Origin: Histomonas meleagridis 2922-C6/04-290x | Lineage: Eukaryota; Protista; Parabasalia | Direction: 5' to 3' | Length of the DNA stretch: 64,000 nt | Assembly: GCA_020184695.1 (NCBI GenBank) | Contig: JAANOX010000035.1 | Location: 1 to 64,000, forward strand | Shown: positions 52,559 through 63,916 of the stretch, piece after piece | Numbering within the stretch: position 1 is the stretch's first letter | Layout: each line of letters begins with the position of its first letter | The notes under the pieces: generated by a model | Database searches by the model: none | What the model saw: only the letters and a program-made list of their open reading frames with translations | Told to the model about the DNA's origin: nothing | Program-made: the position numbers and the translations under genes

Positions 52559-52980
52559 TTTAGCATCAATATCAATTCCTTTATGTTCAAATAGTAATTT
52601 AACTGTTTCCGTGTATCCAAGGAAAAATGAAAGTATAAGTAGTGTTGAACAATTTTTGTATAACCTTTTCTATAGATGTAATAATAAGTGCTATCCAAAT
52701 GATATAAATAATTTCCAAATGTTAATTTGAAATATAAAATTATTAAATAAAATATTAAATAAAAGAAATATTAATATCAATTCTTTCTGATTTAAAATAT
52801 ATTCAACAAATTCAAATTTCCTAATGATATAAAATCGGCTAAAATATTTTTTGGAATTGAATTTTCTTTCAGAATATGTATGAGAAGATAAAGATTTTCA
52901 GTGTTTGCGATGATATTATTTGTATTAATTTTCATTCCATATTTCTGTAAAAATTTCAATGTTCCAAAACACAATACCTA
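52559..52980 (-). pseudogene. 5'-truncated, frameshifted DUF3447-ANK remnant retaining one spacer with the box and one exact 87-nt module
   Basis: LQKYGMKIN...IPKNIL; spacer 52695-52763 with TTTGGAAATTATTT; module TLLILSFFLGYTETVKLLFEHKGIDIDAK at 52645-52559. Confidence 0.75.
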
Positions 52981-53239
52981 AAGGGATATCACTAACTTTA
53001 CAATAAAAATATAAAAAAAATCGTTATCGAAATATGATGATAGATGATATTTATGATATCATTAATAAAATGTATTTATATTTTGGTATATAATTTTATA
53101 GTAGCATTCTTATGTCTAAATATGTAATCATTTATCGAAGGAGATCAAGACAATGATAAAAACGATAATAACGAACGTTTATTTCCGAAACGATATGTCA
53201 AACGGTTATTTTTGAAACCCTCCAAGCCAAAACAAATCG

Positions 53240-54598
53240 ATGATTTCTTTTCTCTTTATCTTTGCAAACTCACGACTTCAACATGGACTCGATTTCACCA
53301 ACCTTGGCTTGGACAAAGAGCTTAAGAATTTTAGTCAAATAACAGACCACTTCAATCCAAACAGCGGAAAATTCAATCAAAGATATTATGAAGTTACTAC
53401 AAACTACGTCGAAGGTGGTCCTGTTATTTTATATGCTGGTGGTGAAAGTGATGTTTTCAAAATTCGCGGCAATGGTACCGACTTTTTGTCAACATATGCA
53501 AAAGATCTTGGTGCACTTGTTTTATCTCTTGAGCACCGATATTTTGGAGAATCATGGCCAACAGAGACTTCCACTGTTGAAGATTACAAATATCTAACTG
53601 TTGATCAAGCCTTAGCAGATTTAAAGTATTTCCAAGAAGAATATTCCAAGGAGCATCACATTGAAAATTCCAAATGGCTTATTGTTGGAGGTTCATATCC
53701 AGGCCTTCTATCAGCTTTAGCCCGTGAAATTTATCCACAAAATTTCCATGCCGCCATTTCTTCCTCAGGTGTTGTCTTAGCCACCGATGATTATCAAGAC
53801 TTTGATCTCCAAGTAGCAGTTTCAATGGGGCAAGAATGTGCATCTGCCGCACGTCATACACGAATTTTAATTGATCAACTTATGGAAGATGAAAGCACCA
53901 AAGCATATGTCAAAGAAATGTTCAATGCTTCATTACTTACCGACATGAACTTCCGTTTTCTCATTGGCGAACTTTTTACGATCGGCATACAATATGATAA
54001 TGTCGAACTTATTTGCGGACCAATTGTTGATGCGCTTAAGACTGGCGATGATCCAGTTGCAGCACTTGCGAAGATCAATCGCGAATATTTTATACCCGAA
54101 CAATGTGATGGCGACATTGCGCGTACATATAGCGATGATGTTCTCATTGAATTAGCGAACACGAATCGTAATGCAGCATCGCGTTCATGGCTCTGGATGA
54201 CATGTAACGAATTAGCATATTGGCAAACAGCATCTGGCCGATTGTCATTACGTAGTCCCAAACTTGACAAGGCAGCATTCCAAGCGCAATGTACAAACGT
54301 TTTCGGCGAAGGAATATCACCGAAAGTTGACGAGTTTAACCAAAAGTACGGAGGTCTAAGCCAAAACGCAACAAGAGTGTACTACACAACTGGCTCCCAA
54401 GACCCATGGACATGGACATGCGTCACAGAGGAATCTGGCGTTCCAAAAGGTTCATATGCACATACGATCACTGGTCACAACGTTGGACATTGCGATGATT
54501 TGCATTTGCCAAAGGATAGTGATCCAATAGATTTGGTAAGAACAAGAAATCACATGAGAGAAGTGATTAAGATTTGGATGGCTGAAAATGATGAATAA
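53240..54598 (+). CDS. Serine peptidase family S28 (prolylcarboxypeptidase-like), secreted/lysosomal
   Basis: QITDHF, LEHRYFGES, TVDQALADL, GGSYPG nucleophile, GSQDPW, HCDDL. Confidence 0.93.
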   Translation: MISFLFIFANSRLQHGLDFTNLGLDKELKNFSQITDHFNPNSGKFNQRYYEVTTNYVEGGPVILYAGGESDVFKIRGNGTDFLSTYAKDLGALVLSLEHRYFGESWPTETSTVEDYKYLTVDQALADLKYFQEEYSKEHHIENSKWLIVGGSYPGLLSALAREIYPQNFHAAISSSGVVLATDDYQDFDLQVAVSMGQECASAARHTRILIDQLMEDESTKAYVKEMFNASLLTDMNFRFLIGELFTIGIQYDNVELICGPIVDALKTGDDPVAALAKINREYFIPEQCDGDIARTYSDDVLIELANTNRNAASRSWLWMTCNELAYWQTASGRLSLRSPKLDKAAFQAQCTNVFGEGISPKVDEFNQKYGGLSQNATRVYYTTGSQDPWTWTCVTEESGVPKGSYAHTITGHNVGHCDDLHLPKDSDPIDLVRTRNHMREVIKIWMAENDE

Positions 54599-54694
54599 AA
54601 TCTCATATTTTATTGAATGTTTGGCGATTTTATAACGAAATTTGAAATGAAGTGAAGTGATGGGAGACGTTAAGGAAGAACGTTATTGAGAGAA

Positions 54695-54913
54695 ATGGAA
54701 GACATAAAAAACGAAGAAATCAATGACCCATTAATAAAATCGGTGACAGAAGATGTGTCGCAGGCACAAAAGGTGGAGCTGAGAAAATATGTAAGAGAAC
54801 ATCCTGAGATTAGAACAATTTTGCAGGATTTCATTGCAAATGTATTAGCTGAAAAGCCAGAGGATACAATAGAATTTGCTAAAAATTATTTCAGTAGTCT
54901 TAGCCAAGAGTAG
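54695..54913 (+). CDS. Small RIIa/Dpy-30-like dimerisation-docking domain protein
   Basis: HPEIRTILQDFIANVLAEKPEDTIEFAKNYF. Confidence 0.75.
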   Translation: MEDIKNEEINDPLIKSVTEDVSQAQKVELRKYVREHPEIRTILQDFIANVLAEKPEDTIEFAKNYFSSLSQE

Positions 54914-55602
54914 GTTTTGAAGTAACTTATAAAATTATTTTTAAAGATAATTGTTTATTTTACTTATTTTTATCAAAAAAAGATTCATAGCTTAGAGTAA
55001 AGTATAAAAATATATCCCTTCATACATTCTATGTAATTTCAATCAAACTATATTAATGCATTGAATTGTGCACAATCTAAATTACTTTATGATAAGCTAA
55101 ATGAGAATTTAAAAATTTCCAATTGGTTTCTTTAAGCTTTTGCCAAAAGATAAATTACAATAAATAATTATCAGAAATATGATATGAATTAATTTCAATC
55201 CACCAAAGTATATACTTCATAAGACAAATTTTGAAATAAAATGGTAGGAATTCATATTCCTCAAAATTAAGAGTTATACACTTAAATTCATGATGTTATG
55301 ATGCATTTTAAATGGAAAAATTTTGAAAAGCATTTTTTATTTCAATACTTTATGTATTTACGATTAAAATGCATTGATTTTTAAGCAAGAACAAAATAAA
55401 AATATACCTTTCTGCACATATTAATTTGCCAAATAATATTCACGGCTTTTCGTCCTAACTATTCGCATTGAATATTTTATCATTTAATTCAAATTTATAA
55501 TAAAATTTATCTAAACTTGTCCCTTGTAACTTTTTATTAACCGCGAAAAATAGTCCAGTAATCCATTGAAATGCGTTCTATAAAGCATACAAAGCGAAAA
55601 AA

Positions 55603-58600
55603 ATGAAGCAAGTCATCCAAACAAAAGATCGTAGTACCAAGGAGAGATTTAATTCATTATCTAAAGAAGAACTTTCTCACATTGGATGGCTTTCTTATCT
55701 CTCCGAAATGCCAACAAGTAATTTAATTATCCCTGATCCTCTTCCTCAAGTAGAATCTGATATTATCCTTGATTATGTTTGCGAGGAAGGATTGAGTGAA
55801 CCAGAACCAAAAAATGATGGAAAATGTTCAGTTAGACAATTAACAGAAGAACTTAATTCAGCATCAAAAATCTCTTTTAAATACCATTCCATTCCAATTG
55901 TTGATTTAGCAACACGTGCAAAGCAAAAATCACTTGCATTTCCATATACTGAGGACAAACCATTCAAATACATTAAAATCAAAAACATAAAAATCAACAA
56001 TCGAACATTTCCTGATATATCAGAGACTTGCTTCATTAATTTTTTTGTTTATACAAGTTATCCAATTACTGAAACTATTTTTTGTGAAGTTCCAATAAAT
56101 TCACCAAAATTCGCAAGATATCAACATCAAAGCAATACAGTTACTTTACCATTTCCACCTGATTCCAACCCCGAACCTATCTTAGTTCTTCTTTTATTTA
56201 AATTTGACGAATTCCAACTCGCTAACGGTCGCCCGCATGTTGTTGGACGAATGCCTCTTTCCGGCGATCCAAGCAAAATTAAGATAGATTGGTATAATTA
56301 CCAACACGGAAAAACGATTTGTGAGATTTTTGAAACAGAAAAATTGGAATATGCAGATTCCAAAATTGATTTTGAGTTTCTTGATGAGTTTAGTCCTGAT
56401 GATTCATGCAGGTTTACATCATTTGATCCGATGTATCCATCACCTCTGCTTACTTTACATAACATTCGAATTAAATTTCAACATTGTCTCTTTCCGAAAA
56501 AAGCACGAGCATTTATTTCATTTTCTCTTAAGAAAAATTTTGCTGATCCGAAGTGTCAAGATCCTCGTGGTATTAATGCCTTTATATTACCAACAAGTAA
56601 GGAGCCAAATGAAATAGGATATTCTTCAATTATTGAATATGCTGATGAAATTGTTTTACCAGAGCCAATTAACTTTATATTAGATCCATCAATCCTAGAA
56701 TCTATTACATTAACAATTGATGTTAATATAATCGAAAAAGGAAAAACAACAAATGTCTTAACGTCCAACATTCAAATTTCAAAGCCGATAGAGGAGCACG
56801 TTAACAAAATGGAATCAAAAGGATTTAATGTAAAAGCAGCTTTAAGTCGTGGTGATAATATATTAAAAATGACATCAATTTATCCGACATTAGTTTGTCC
56901 ACCACCAAATATACGTGGTGCCTTTTCTTTAGAGGAATTTAAAATTGATGATCCAATGATTAAATCAATTGCACCATACGTCATTAACCAACGAATAAGA
57001 ACTGATTCATTACCGGTTACTGACATTAAAGCATTGTTTATGTTCTTTCGATATTCTGATATGTCTGGACTTCAATCATGGATTGAGCATTTCTTCACGC
57101 CAGAACCAGGTTTTTCACATGCGTTTGCATCATATGTTACCCAAAATCTTCTAGAAATATCTGATTGGCCGCAACCAATTTTTTTATTACTCTTTAAAAG
57201 TATGTGTTATGAGAAAAATTTCATTGAGGAACCATTGTATGCATTATTTGAGGCAATAGCAAAGATTAAAAATGAAACCATCATCAAATCTGCGAGTGAT
57301 TTTTTGTTGCAGCTTCAAAAAGCGTTTGACGATGAAAAAGCTCACAAAATTTCATATTACTTCATATCGTTGTTGAGCACTAAAGAACGATTTTTTGTGT
57401 TTTCATATATATTCTCTGATATTTCATATGTTAAATCATTAGCACTTAAAGAGATGAAAGAAATCAAAAAACCGTTTTCACCATATGTACCACTTTTATC
57501 ATTATTTTATCGAACAGTTACAAATGCTTTTATGGAAAATGATTCAAATCTAATTAAAGCCACTGCTGATTCATTATCTATTTTAGCGTCAACACTTGAA
57601 CAATATACGCAACCAAAAGAAGCGCAAATCATTGCAAAAATTCTATTTCCATTATTTTCATCAATATATACATTTTATGATTCATTATCAGCACATCTTG
57701 AGAAAAAGCATAAATTAGTTCCAATTTTGTTATTTTTGTTTAAGAATTGTGACGGAAATATGTTTTATACATACTTCAAAATGCTCTCGAAAGATAATCA
57801 AATTGGTTTAATTGATTTCTTAATGATCATTTATGAAATTACGACAAGTAGCGATTTTTCAAATGATACTATATATCAACAAGACTTAACGCCGAAATTA
57901 TCTCAAGTTAATATTAAGTCATTACAAAAAATCATACAATTAAATTGCATACATGAAAGCACATGGAGAATTTTAATGTTTTTACGTCTTTTTGATGAAT
58001 TCAATGAAATCGATGATACGATTTTGAATGCTTTACTCGGACTATTAATTCATATATTAAATTCGCCAAAACATTCTTCAGATACGGTATCAATATTATA
58101 TAAAATGTTTGCGTATTTTGTAGAAAAGTCCAAGAATTCATTTTTTGTTAAGGAAACTAAATTTATTAATGATTTAGTAAATGCAATCTTTCCAATGACA
58201 CAAATGAAATTACTTCAATCAAGAGTTGGGTCTGTATCACTATTAAATTGGCTGATTAATACTGAAACTAAAATCAATAAAAGTTGTTCCAGATGTGAAA
58301 TCTCATTCCAACTTTCATTATGCGAAACAATATTTAAGAACTCCGGCTTTATACCATTTTGGTCGCCTGATTATCCGGTGAAATTATCGAACATATATAA
58401 CAACATATCGAAATCTTTATGTAATCAAATAACTTATGAACGAACTGTCGAAGATTTACTTAAACTTTATCAAGAATTCCAAAACTTCCCTTCAATTCGC
58501 GCAAGTATTTATCAGAAAATCGTTTCGATAAATGAAGAAAACGATGATTATTGCGCAGCTTTTGTAACGCAATGGAAACTTTGCGCATTAATTGCAGAAG

Positions 58601-59766
58601 TATTTAAGTTGAAGGGTATAAAAGTCGGTGGAATACCAACAGAAGGAATATCTGCTTTTATGTACGTGAATAATGAGCCTGTAATCGATATAACTGTTTA
58701 CCCGAAGACTTCGAGTTATTTAGTAATGGAAAGTAAGCTATTTAACGAGGACTCAATGAGTGAGTCATTACAAAAGGCTATGGAATTATGTATCAAAGCA
58801 AAAATTAATTGGATAATCGGAGACATAACCGTTTTCTTGTTTGACTTTTTGGAAAAACGACGACAATTTGCGCTTCTCAAAAAGCTGTTCAACAAAATTT
58901 CAACGGTTTACGCCGATTTACAAAAAAGTGAAGAAACACAAATTCAATTCGCAAGAATAACATTAAATAAAACATTAGCAAACAAGCTTAAGTTTAATGA
59001 TGTTATTCATTGTTATCCTAAAGGCGAATTTGATGCATTTGTGAATAAATGGAAACAGAATTTTAATAATACAATAAAATATGATGTTCATATTTTATCA
59101 GATCATAATGTTATACCATGGGAAAGTGATACAAAACAAACGAATGACCCTTTTGATCAACAAATTATTCAAGTTAATGAAGACCATAATCAACTTCTAA
59201 AACTTGAAGCAAATACTTTCACACGCGACGTAATGATGAAAGCAGAGAACTGGAATGATCCGATTCTAACGCGTTATACATTCGAAACCGAGAATGTTTT
59301 ACCCGGATGTTCATCACTTTCGAAAGTTAAATCAATTACGAAAAAAGAAATTTCGAAAGAAGATTACTATGAAGAAAGACTCACCGAATTTAGAGACAAA
59401 CTAAAAGAAATATCAGAAAATTATCGAGCTGTTGTACCTACTGGTAAATCGACGCAAGTTTGGGGACAATATATACTTGGAATCAGTAATACGCCTTTGT
59501 TAAAATTGATGTCTTATGTGTTTAATGCAGAACAAGAAGATGATAACGCTTATTATTGGCTGGTATATCAATACCATATCGGCGAAATAGATGTGGAGCC
59601 GCCGCTAAAAATCGCAAAGTTATGTGACGAGATTTGGCAAATTTTAATCGAAACAATTCCTTTGATGCAGGCGATCTCAAAAATTAATGCGTTCTCAAAA
59701 AGTGAACAGGATCAGTTTGATGAGTTCCGAAAACGACTTGGAATAACAATTGTATCTCTGGAATAA
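55603..59766 (+). CDS. Divergent DOCK-family (DHR-1/DHR-2-like) GEF
   Basis: C2-like N-terminal regions, helical core, FPSIRASIYQKIVSINEENDDYCAAFVTQWKLCALIAEVF resembling the start of DHR-2. Confidence 0.65.
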   Translation: MKQVIQTKDRSTKERFNSLSKEELSHIGWLSYLSEMPTSNLIIPDPLPQVESDIILDYVCEEGLSEPEPKNDGKCSVRQLTEELNSASKISFKYHSIPIVDLATRAKQKSLAFPYTEDKPFKYIKIKNIKINNRTFPDISETCFINFFVYTSYPITETIFCEVPINSPKFARYQHQSNTVTLPFPPDSNPEPILVLLLFKFDEFQLANGRPHVVGRMPLSGDPSKIKIDWYNYQHGKTICEIFETEKLEYADSKIDFEFLDEFSPDDSCRFTSFDPMYPSPLLTLHNIRIKFQHCLFPKKARAFISFSLKKNFADPKCQDPRGINAFILPTSKEPNEIGYSSIIEYADEIVLPEPINFILDPSILESITLTIDVNIIEKGKTTNVLTSNIQISKPIEEHVNKMESKGFNVKAALSRGDNILKMTSIYPTLVCPPPNIRGAFSLEEFKIDDPMIKSIAPYVINQRIRTDSLPVTDIKALFMFFRYSDMSGLQSWIEHFFTPEPGFSHAFASYVTQNLLEISDWPQPIFLLLFKSMCYEKNFIEEPLYALFEAIAKIKNETIIKSASDFLLQLQKAFDDEKAHKISYYFISLLSTKERFFVFSYIFSDISYVKSLALKEMKEIKKPFSPYVPLLSLFYRTVTNAFMENDSNLIKATADSLSILASTLEQYTQPKEAQIIAKILFPLFSSIYTFYDSLSAHLEKKHKLVPILLFLFKNCDGNMFYTYFKMLSKDNQIGLIDFLMIIYEITTSSDFSNDTIYQQDLTPKLSQVNIKSLQKIIQLNCIHESTWRILMFLRLFDEFNEIDDTILNALLGLLIHILNSPKHSSDTVSILYKMFAYFVEKSKNSFFVKETKFINDLVNAIFPMTQMKLLQSRVGSVSLLNWLINTETKINKSCSRCEISFQLSLCETIFKNSGFIPFWSPDYPVKLSNIYNNISKSLCNQITYERTVEDLLKLYQEFQNFPSIRASIYQKIVSINEENDDYCAAFVTQWKLCALIAEVFKLKGIKVGGIPTEGISAFMYVNNEPVIDITVYPKTSSYLVMESKLFNEDSMSESLQKAMELCIKAKINWIIGDITVFLFDFLEKRRQFALLKKLFNKISTVYADLQKSEETQIQFARITLNKTLANKLKFNDVIHCYPKGEFDAFVNKWKQNFNNTIKYDVHILSDHNVIPWESDTKQTNDPFDQQIIQVNEDHNQLLKLEANTFTRDVMMKAENWNDPILTRYTFETENVLPGCSSLSKVKSITKKEISKEDYYEERLTEFRDKLKEISENYRAVVPTGKSTQVWGQYILGISNTPLLKLMSYVFNAEQEDDNAYYWLVYQYHIGEIDVEPPLKIAKLCDEIWQILIETIPLMQAISKINAFSKSEQDQFDEFRKRLGITIVSLE

Positions 59767-59864
59767 GTAAATATTTTTCGTGGGGAAAATGAATTTTTTT
59801 TAATTCTCTCATCAAACAGATTATTAATTAGATGTGTTCAAATACAATTTCGGTTTATTGAAAG

Positions 59865-60272
59865 TTAATGTAATGGTATGGCTCTGTATAAAATTGCTAA
59901 GAACACGCTGACAAAGAAAGATATTACAAAAAATGGAAATGGAGATTGGAGAATAAAATATATAATAGCAGCAATTACACAGGATATTATGAATGTTTCG
60001 GTCATTGCTCGACCTCCTTTTTTATAGAAGATAAAATTCAGAAGATATATAACTCCAAGGAGAATAATCCACTTGGCAACCATTAATAAGTATAGCCTTG
60101 TAGACTGCACCATTCCAAAGATTGCAAATATAACTGAAAGCGTGACAATAGCTAATCGTTTCTTAAATTGATCATGAACAGAGTAAAAATCGCTTGTTGC
60201 CGTGTCATCATAAATCGAACTATGGCGTGACCTTAGTTCATTTGACGATCTGTTAAGATTTGGTTGGTTCAT
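59865..60272 (-). CDS. Small four-TM membrane protein
   Basis: 135 aa with four hydrophobic segments. Confidence 0.7.
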   Translation of the reverse strand: MNQPNLNRSSNELRSRHSSIYDDTATSDFYSVHDQFKKRLAIVTLSVIFAIFGMVQSTRLYLLMVAKWIILLGVIYLLNFIFYKKGGRAMTETFIISCVIAAIIYFILQSPFPFFVISFFVSVFLAILYRAIPLH

Positions 60273-60430
60273 GTGTATTCTAGTTGTTCCAGCTTACAGA
60301 AGATATTTGGTCACATAACACGTTTTAACACAAAAAAAGTGGTCTCAAACTTGAAAGCTTTACAACATATTTCAATGACCCACAAAAATTCGACCGTTAA
60401 CATTCTATAACCGCCAGAAACCGCCATAAA

Positions 60431-60458
60431 AACGGTTATTTCCTTTTGGTCGTCCTTT
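60431..60458 (+). promoter_or_regulatory. Motif 3 (AACGGTTA) plus motif 5 (CCTTT) core promoter
   Basis: AACGGTTA at 60431-60438 and CCTTT at 60442 and 60454; this Inr-less arrangement is known for Trichomonas ribosomal protein genes. Confidence 0.7.
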
Positions 60459-60464
60459 TGAAAA

Positions 60465-60950
60465 ATGGGTCACACTGCAGGTCTTCGCTGGGGAACACGC
60501 TATCTTTTTGCTCGTAAGTTCAGGAAACATGGAATGCCAGCTCCATCACAACAACTTCGTACTTTCAGAATCGGAGATATTGTTGATGTTCATGTCAACT
60601 CTGCTGTTATGAAAGGTATGCCACACCGTCTTTATAACGGCCGCACAGGTACTGTTTGGAATGTTTCACCACACGCAGTTGGTCTTTTAATTTATCGTCG
60701 TGTTAATAACCACATTGCACCAAAACGTATCTACGTTCGTACAGAGCATATTCAACACTCAAAATGCAGAGACGACTTCAAGAACCGTGTTGCTCAAACA
60801 CAAAAACTTAAGAAGGAAGCCAAAGAAAAGGGAATCAAACTTGACAAGTCTGCCCTTAAGCGTCTTCCAGCACAACCAAAGGAAGCACATGTTGTCAAGC
60901 CAGAAGTCATCAAAGCAGTTTGCTTCACACCATTCCGCGAAACATGGTAA
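60465..60950 (+). CDS. RPL21: 60S ribosomal protein L21 (eL21)
   Basis: GTRYLFARKFRKHG, GDIVDV, KGMPHRLYNGRTG, KRIYVRTEHIQHSKCR. Confidence 0.97.
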   Translation: MGHTAGLRWGTRYLFARKFRKHGMPAPSQQLRTFRIGDIVDVHVNSAVMKGMPHRLYNGRTGTVWNVSPHAVGLLIYRRVNNHIAPKRIYVRTEHIQHSKCRDDFKNRVAQTQKLKKEAKEKGIKLDKSALKRLPAQPKEAHVVKPEVIKAVCFTPFRETW

Positions 60951-61278
60951 AAAGCAATTTTTCGAAAAATATTTTTTGACTTTAAATTTATTCAGAACTC
61001 CATGTAGAAACACTGTATTTGCGGATTAATTTGCCATGTTATATCACATCAGATTAATTGAAAGATTCCCATTTTATCGAATTAATTAATGCACTTATCT
61101 GCTGATGAATTTGAGCAATACAACCAAATTTGATGGTGATTTGGTGTAAATTGGCGAACAAACACTTGTCATTCGCAATTCAACTTCAATTCTTTGGCAA
61201 TTGTTGATTTCGGTATCTGAGAATAATTAAAAAAAAGAAATTCAAAAAAGATATTACTGAATCCAAATTTTATTGAAT

Positions 61279-62283
61279 TTAGATTCCAAGCTCTTTCCAA
61301 GCTGTGTTCTTTTCATCGATGAGTTCCTTTTCGGAAGCGAGCATCTTTTCTTTTACGAAATTGTTGATTTCAAGACCTTCAACAACATGATAGTGGCCTT
61401 GTTTGTCGACTGTGCATGGGAATGAGTAAACGATTCCCTTCTTGATGCCGTATGGTTCGTTGTCTGGAACTGGGATGGCCATTGATACCCAATCACCATA
61501 CTTAGTTCCGTGGATCCAATCTCTCATGCAATCGATAGCAGCGTTGGCAGCTGATGCAGCTGATGATGAACCACGAGCCTTGATAACTGCACCACCACGT
61601 GTAGCAATCTTTTGAACGAATTCGCCTTCGTAGTATTCCTTTTCAAGGAGGGATGTTGCCTTCTTAACGCCATCTGGTAATTCAACTTCGCAATGTGAAA
61701 CATCTGGAACTTGTGTGTTAGAGTGGTTACCCCAAACAGCAACTTTGTGAACATCACCATATGAAATTCCGAATTTCTCAGCAAGTTCACCCTTCATACG
61801 GTTATGATCAAGGCGGGTCATGGCGCAGAAGTTTTCTGGGCCAAGGTTCTTGGCGTAGTGTTGGCAGATGAGGCAGTTTGTGTTAGCTGGGTTACCAACA
61901 ACAATAACCTTAACTGTCTTCTTAGCATAGTTGGAAAGGGCTTCACCTTGTGTCTTGAAGATGCCACCGTTGATCTTAAGGAGATCAGCACGATCCATTC
62001 CATCCTTACGTGGGAATGCGCCAACGAGGAATGCTACATCAACATCCTTGAAGGCAACTGCTGGGTCTGCTGTCTTGACAACACCAACAAGGTTTGGAAA
62101 TGCGCAATCTGTAAGTTCCATTTCTACGCCATCAAGCTTTTGAAGTGCTTGTGGGATTTCAAGAAGATGAAGGATAACCTTCTTGTTACCTAAAAGATCA
62201 CCAGCTGCAATGCGGAAAGCAAGAACATAGCCGATTTGGCCTGCAGCACCGGTAAGAACAACACGGACTGGTTCGTCACACAT
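61279..62283 (-). CDS. MDH: Cytosolic malate dehydrogenase
   Basis: [30 protein letters not shown]; the specificity loop FPRKDGMDR keeps the Arg of MDH (trichomonad LDH has Leu there). First ATG at 62283. Confidence 0.95.
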   Translation of the reverse strand: MCDEPVRVVLTGAAGQIGYVLAFRIAAGDLLGNKKVILHLLEIPQALQKLDGVEMELTDCAFPNLVGVVKTADPAVAFKDVDVAFLVGAFPRKDGMDRADLLKINGGIFKTQGEALSNYAKKTVKVIVVGNPANTNCLICQHYAKNLGPENFCAMTRLDHNRMKGELAEKFGISYGDVHKVAVWGNHSNTQVPDVSHCEVELPDGVKKATSLLEKEYYEGEFVQKIATRGGAVIKARGSSSAASAANAAIDCMRDWIHGTKYGDWVSMAIPVPDNEPYGIKKGIVYSFPCTVDKQGHYHVVEGLEINNFVKEKMLASEKELIDEKNTAWKELGI

Positions 62284-62286
62284 GTC

Positions 62287-62298
62287 AAAGTGAAATGA
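62287..62298 (-). promoter_or_regulatory. Tandem initiator TCATTTCACTTT
   Basis: Classic double Inr immediately upstream of the MDH ATG. Confidence 0.75.
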
Positions 62299-62425
62299 CC
62301 ATTCTCTTATCAATGTATACGACGGTTCTCCTTTGAAAATTCAATTAATTAATTGGGTGACCAATATTTTACAACGTGATGATCACAAATAACGTTCTTT
62401 ATTATCGGCGAACGTTAAATTTTCT

Positions 62426-63916
62426 ATGATTATCTGTTTTTTTCCTTTCTTAGTATTCGCAACAGAAATATACACAGAAGTTAATGGTGATGAAAGCGAC
62501 TTTTGTCATATATTACAGCCATGCTCATTTTCACGTGCTAAAGAAAATATTAAAAATGATGATATAGTATTTATTAAAGGTGATTATATTGGAGGAGCAA
62601 ATGAATTAAACATGCTTGGCGATTTGTTTAATTATGGACTTTCAAAAGGTGTTACATTTCTAAGCGATAATTTAACAATTAATGGTTCAGAATATCAATC
62701 CAATAGTCTTTCCTTTATTATTGTACAAGGTGCAACAAATTCTCGTATCCATAATTTTCATTTTACATGTTTTCATACAACCATTGCATGTTTTCGAACA
62801 GTTGAAAAAGGTGTATTTTCTGATACAACATTTACACATAATCACGTAAAAAATGGTATTGGTCTTTTATGCTTTGGTGTTGGGAAATGCAAACTTGATA
62901 ATTGTTATATTTCCGAAAACAGTGTCACTAACACATCACTCATTTCTATGTTTTCCACACATTTATATCTTAACATGACAATTATTGAACGAAATCATGT
63001 ACTTCATAATACTCGACAATCTCTACTTTTTGCCATTAATTCTGTTTGTGAATATACTAACACGACCATTCGTAACAACGTATCTCCTTTTTCCCCATTA
63101 CATCGATTTGAGTTTCGATCATGTTTTGGTTTTTGGAATTGTACATTTGAGAATAATAATCATCCTGAGATTATGTTGTGTGATGGCACATGTGAGTTTA
63201 ATTTCACTAACACAAGTGTTCTGAATAACAATGGCGTTTTCTTAGCGACTTCAATTGGTTCCATTGTTACCATCAACAAAACCGAAATTATTAACAACTT
63301 CAGTGGCAAAATGCCACTTTTCTATTTACCCGGCGGTAATTTCTATGTTTCCACGACTTCTACTTTTAAAGGAAATATTGGAAATTCACTTGTTGACTTA
63401 AAGGGTACTAAATCATTAATTGATATTCGGAAAGTAAAATTCATTAGAAATAAAATGAATGATTTTATTATGTCATTTGATTTTAATAGTAATGTTCACA
63501 TTCAAAATTCGATTTTTAATGCAAATGATGTAATGAATGGCGCAATATTAGAAAATATTAATTCGTCATTGAAGATCGAAGAAACAAAATTTTCGGGTAA
63601 TAAGAATGTTGATGTTAACTTAAGTAATAACGCATTTGTGGATATGTTTCATTGCGTGTTTAAAAATAATAGTAACATATATATAAAGGCCGATGAAACA
63701 TCAAAGGTAACTGTGTCTTACTCGAATTTTTATGGAATCAACTTCTTCGATATTAAGGGTCACAAAATTTTGAAGCATTTGAAAACGAACAACTCGGATA
63801 ACTTGAATGAAAGTAATAACGTCGTTTTGTCTTTAGTATTGTTGCTTGTGATTGTTATGCTGCTTGGATACATTTTGTTTAGGAAAAAGTTCGAATACTG
63901 TTTGAAGATTTTATAA
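62426..63916 (+). CDS. Pectin-lyase-like parallel beta-helix (Pmp-like) type I membrane protein
   Basis: Signal peptide, CHILQPCS, repeated FxxN motifs, C-terminal TM VVLSLVLLLVIVMLLGYILF. Confidence 0.7.
   Translation: MIICFFPFLVFATEIYTEVNGDESDFCHILQPCSFSRAKENIKNDDIVFIKGDYIGGANELNMLGDLFNYGLSKGVTFLSDNLTINGSEYQSNSLSFIIVQGATNSRIHNFHFTCFHTTIACFRTVEKGVFSDTTFTHNHVKNGIGLLCFGVGKCKLDNCYISENSVTNTSLISMFSTHLYLNMTIIERNHVLHNTRQSLLFAINSVCEYTNTTIRNNVSPFSPLHRFEFRSCFGFWNCTFENNNHPEIMLCDGTCEFNFTNTSVLNNNGVFLATSIGSIVTINKTEIINNFSGKMPLFYLPGGNFYVSTTSTFKGNIGNSLVDLKGTKSLIDIRKVKFIRNKMNDFIMSFDFNSNVHIQNSIFNANDVMNGAILENINSSLKIEETKFSGNKNVDVNLSNNAFVDMFHCVFKNNSNIYIKADETSKVTVSYSNFYGINFFDIKGHKILKHLKTNNSDNLNESNNVVLSLVLLLVIVMLLGYILFRKKFEYCLKIL

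Noticed and set aside
61524-62193. Several alternative-frame and antisense ORFs over MDH
   Set aside because: A by-product of strong codon bias in a highly expressed gene; the same applies to most short ORF-track entries nested in larger genes.
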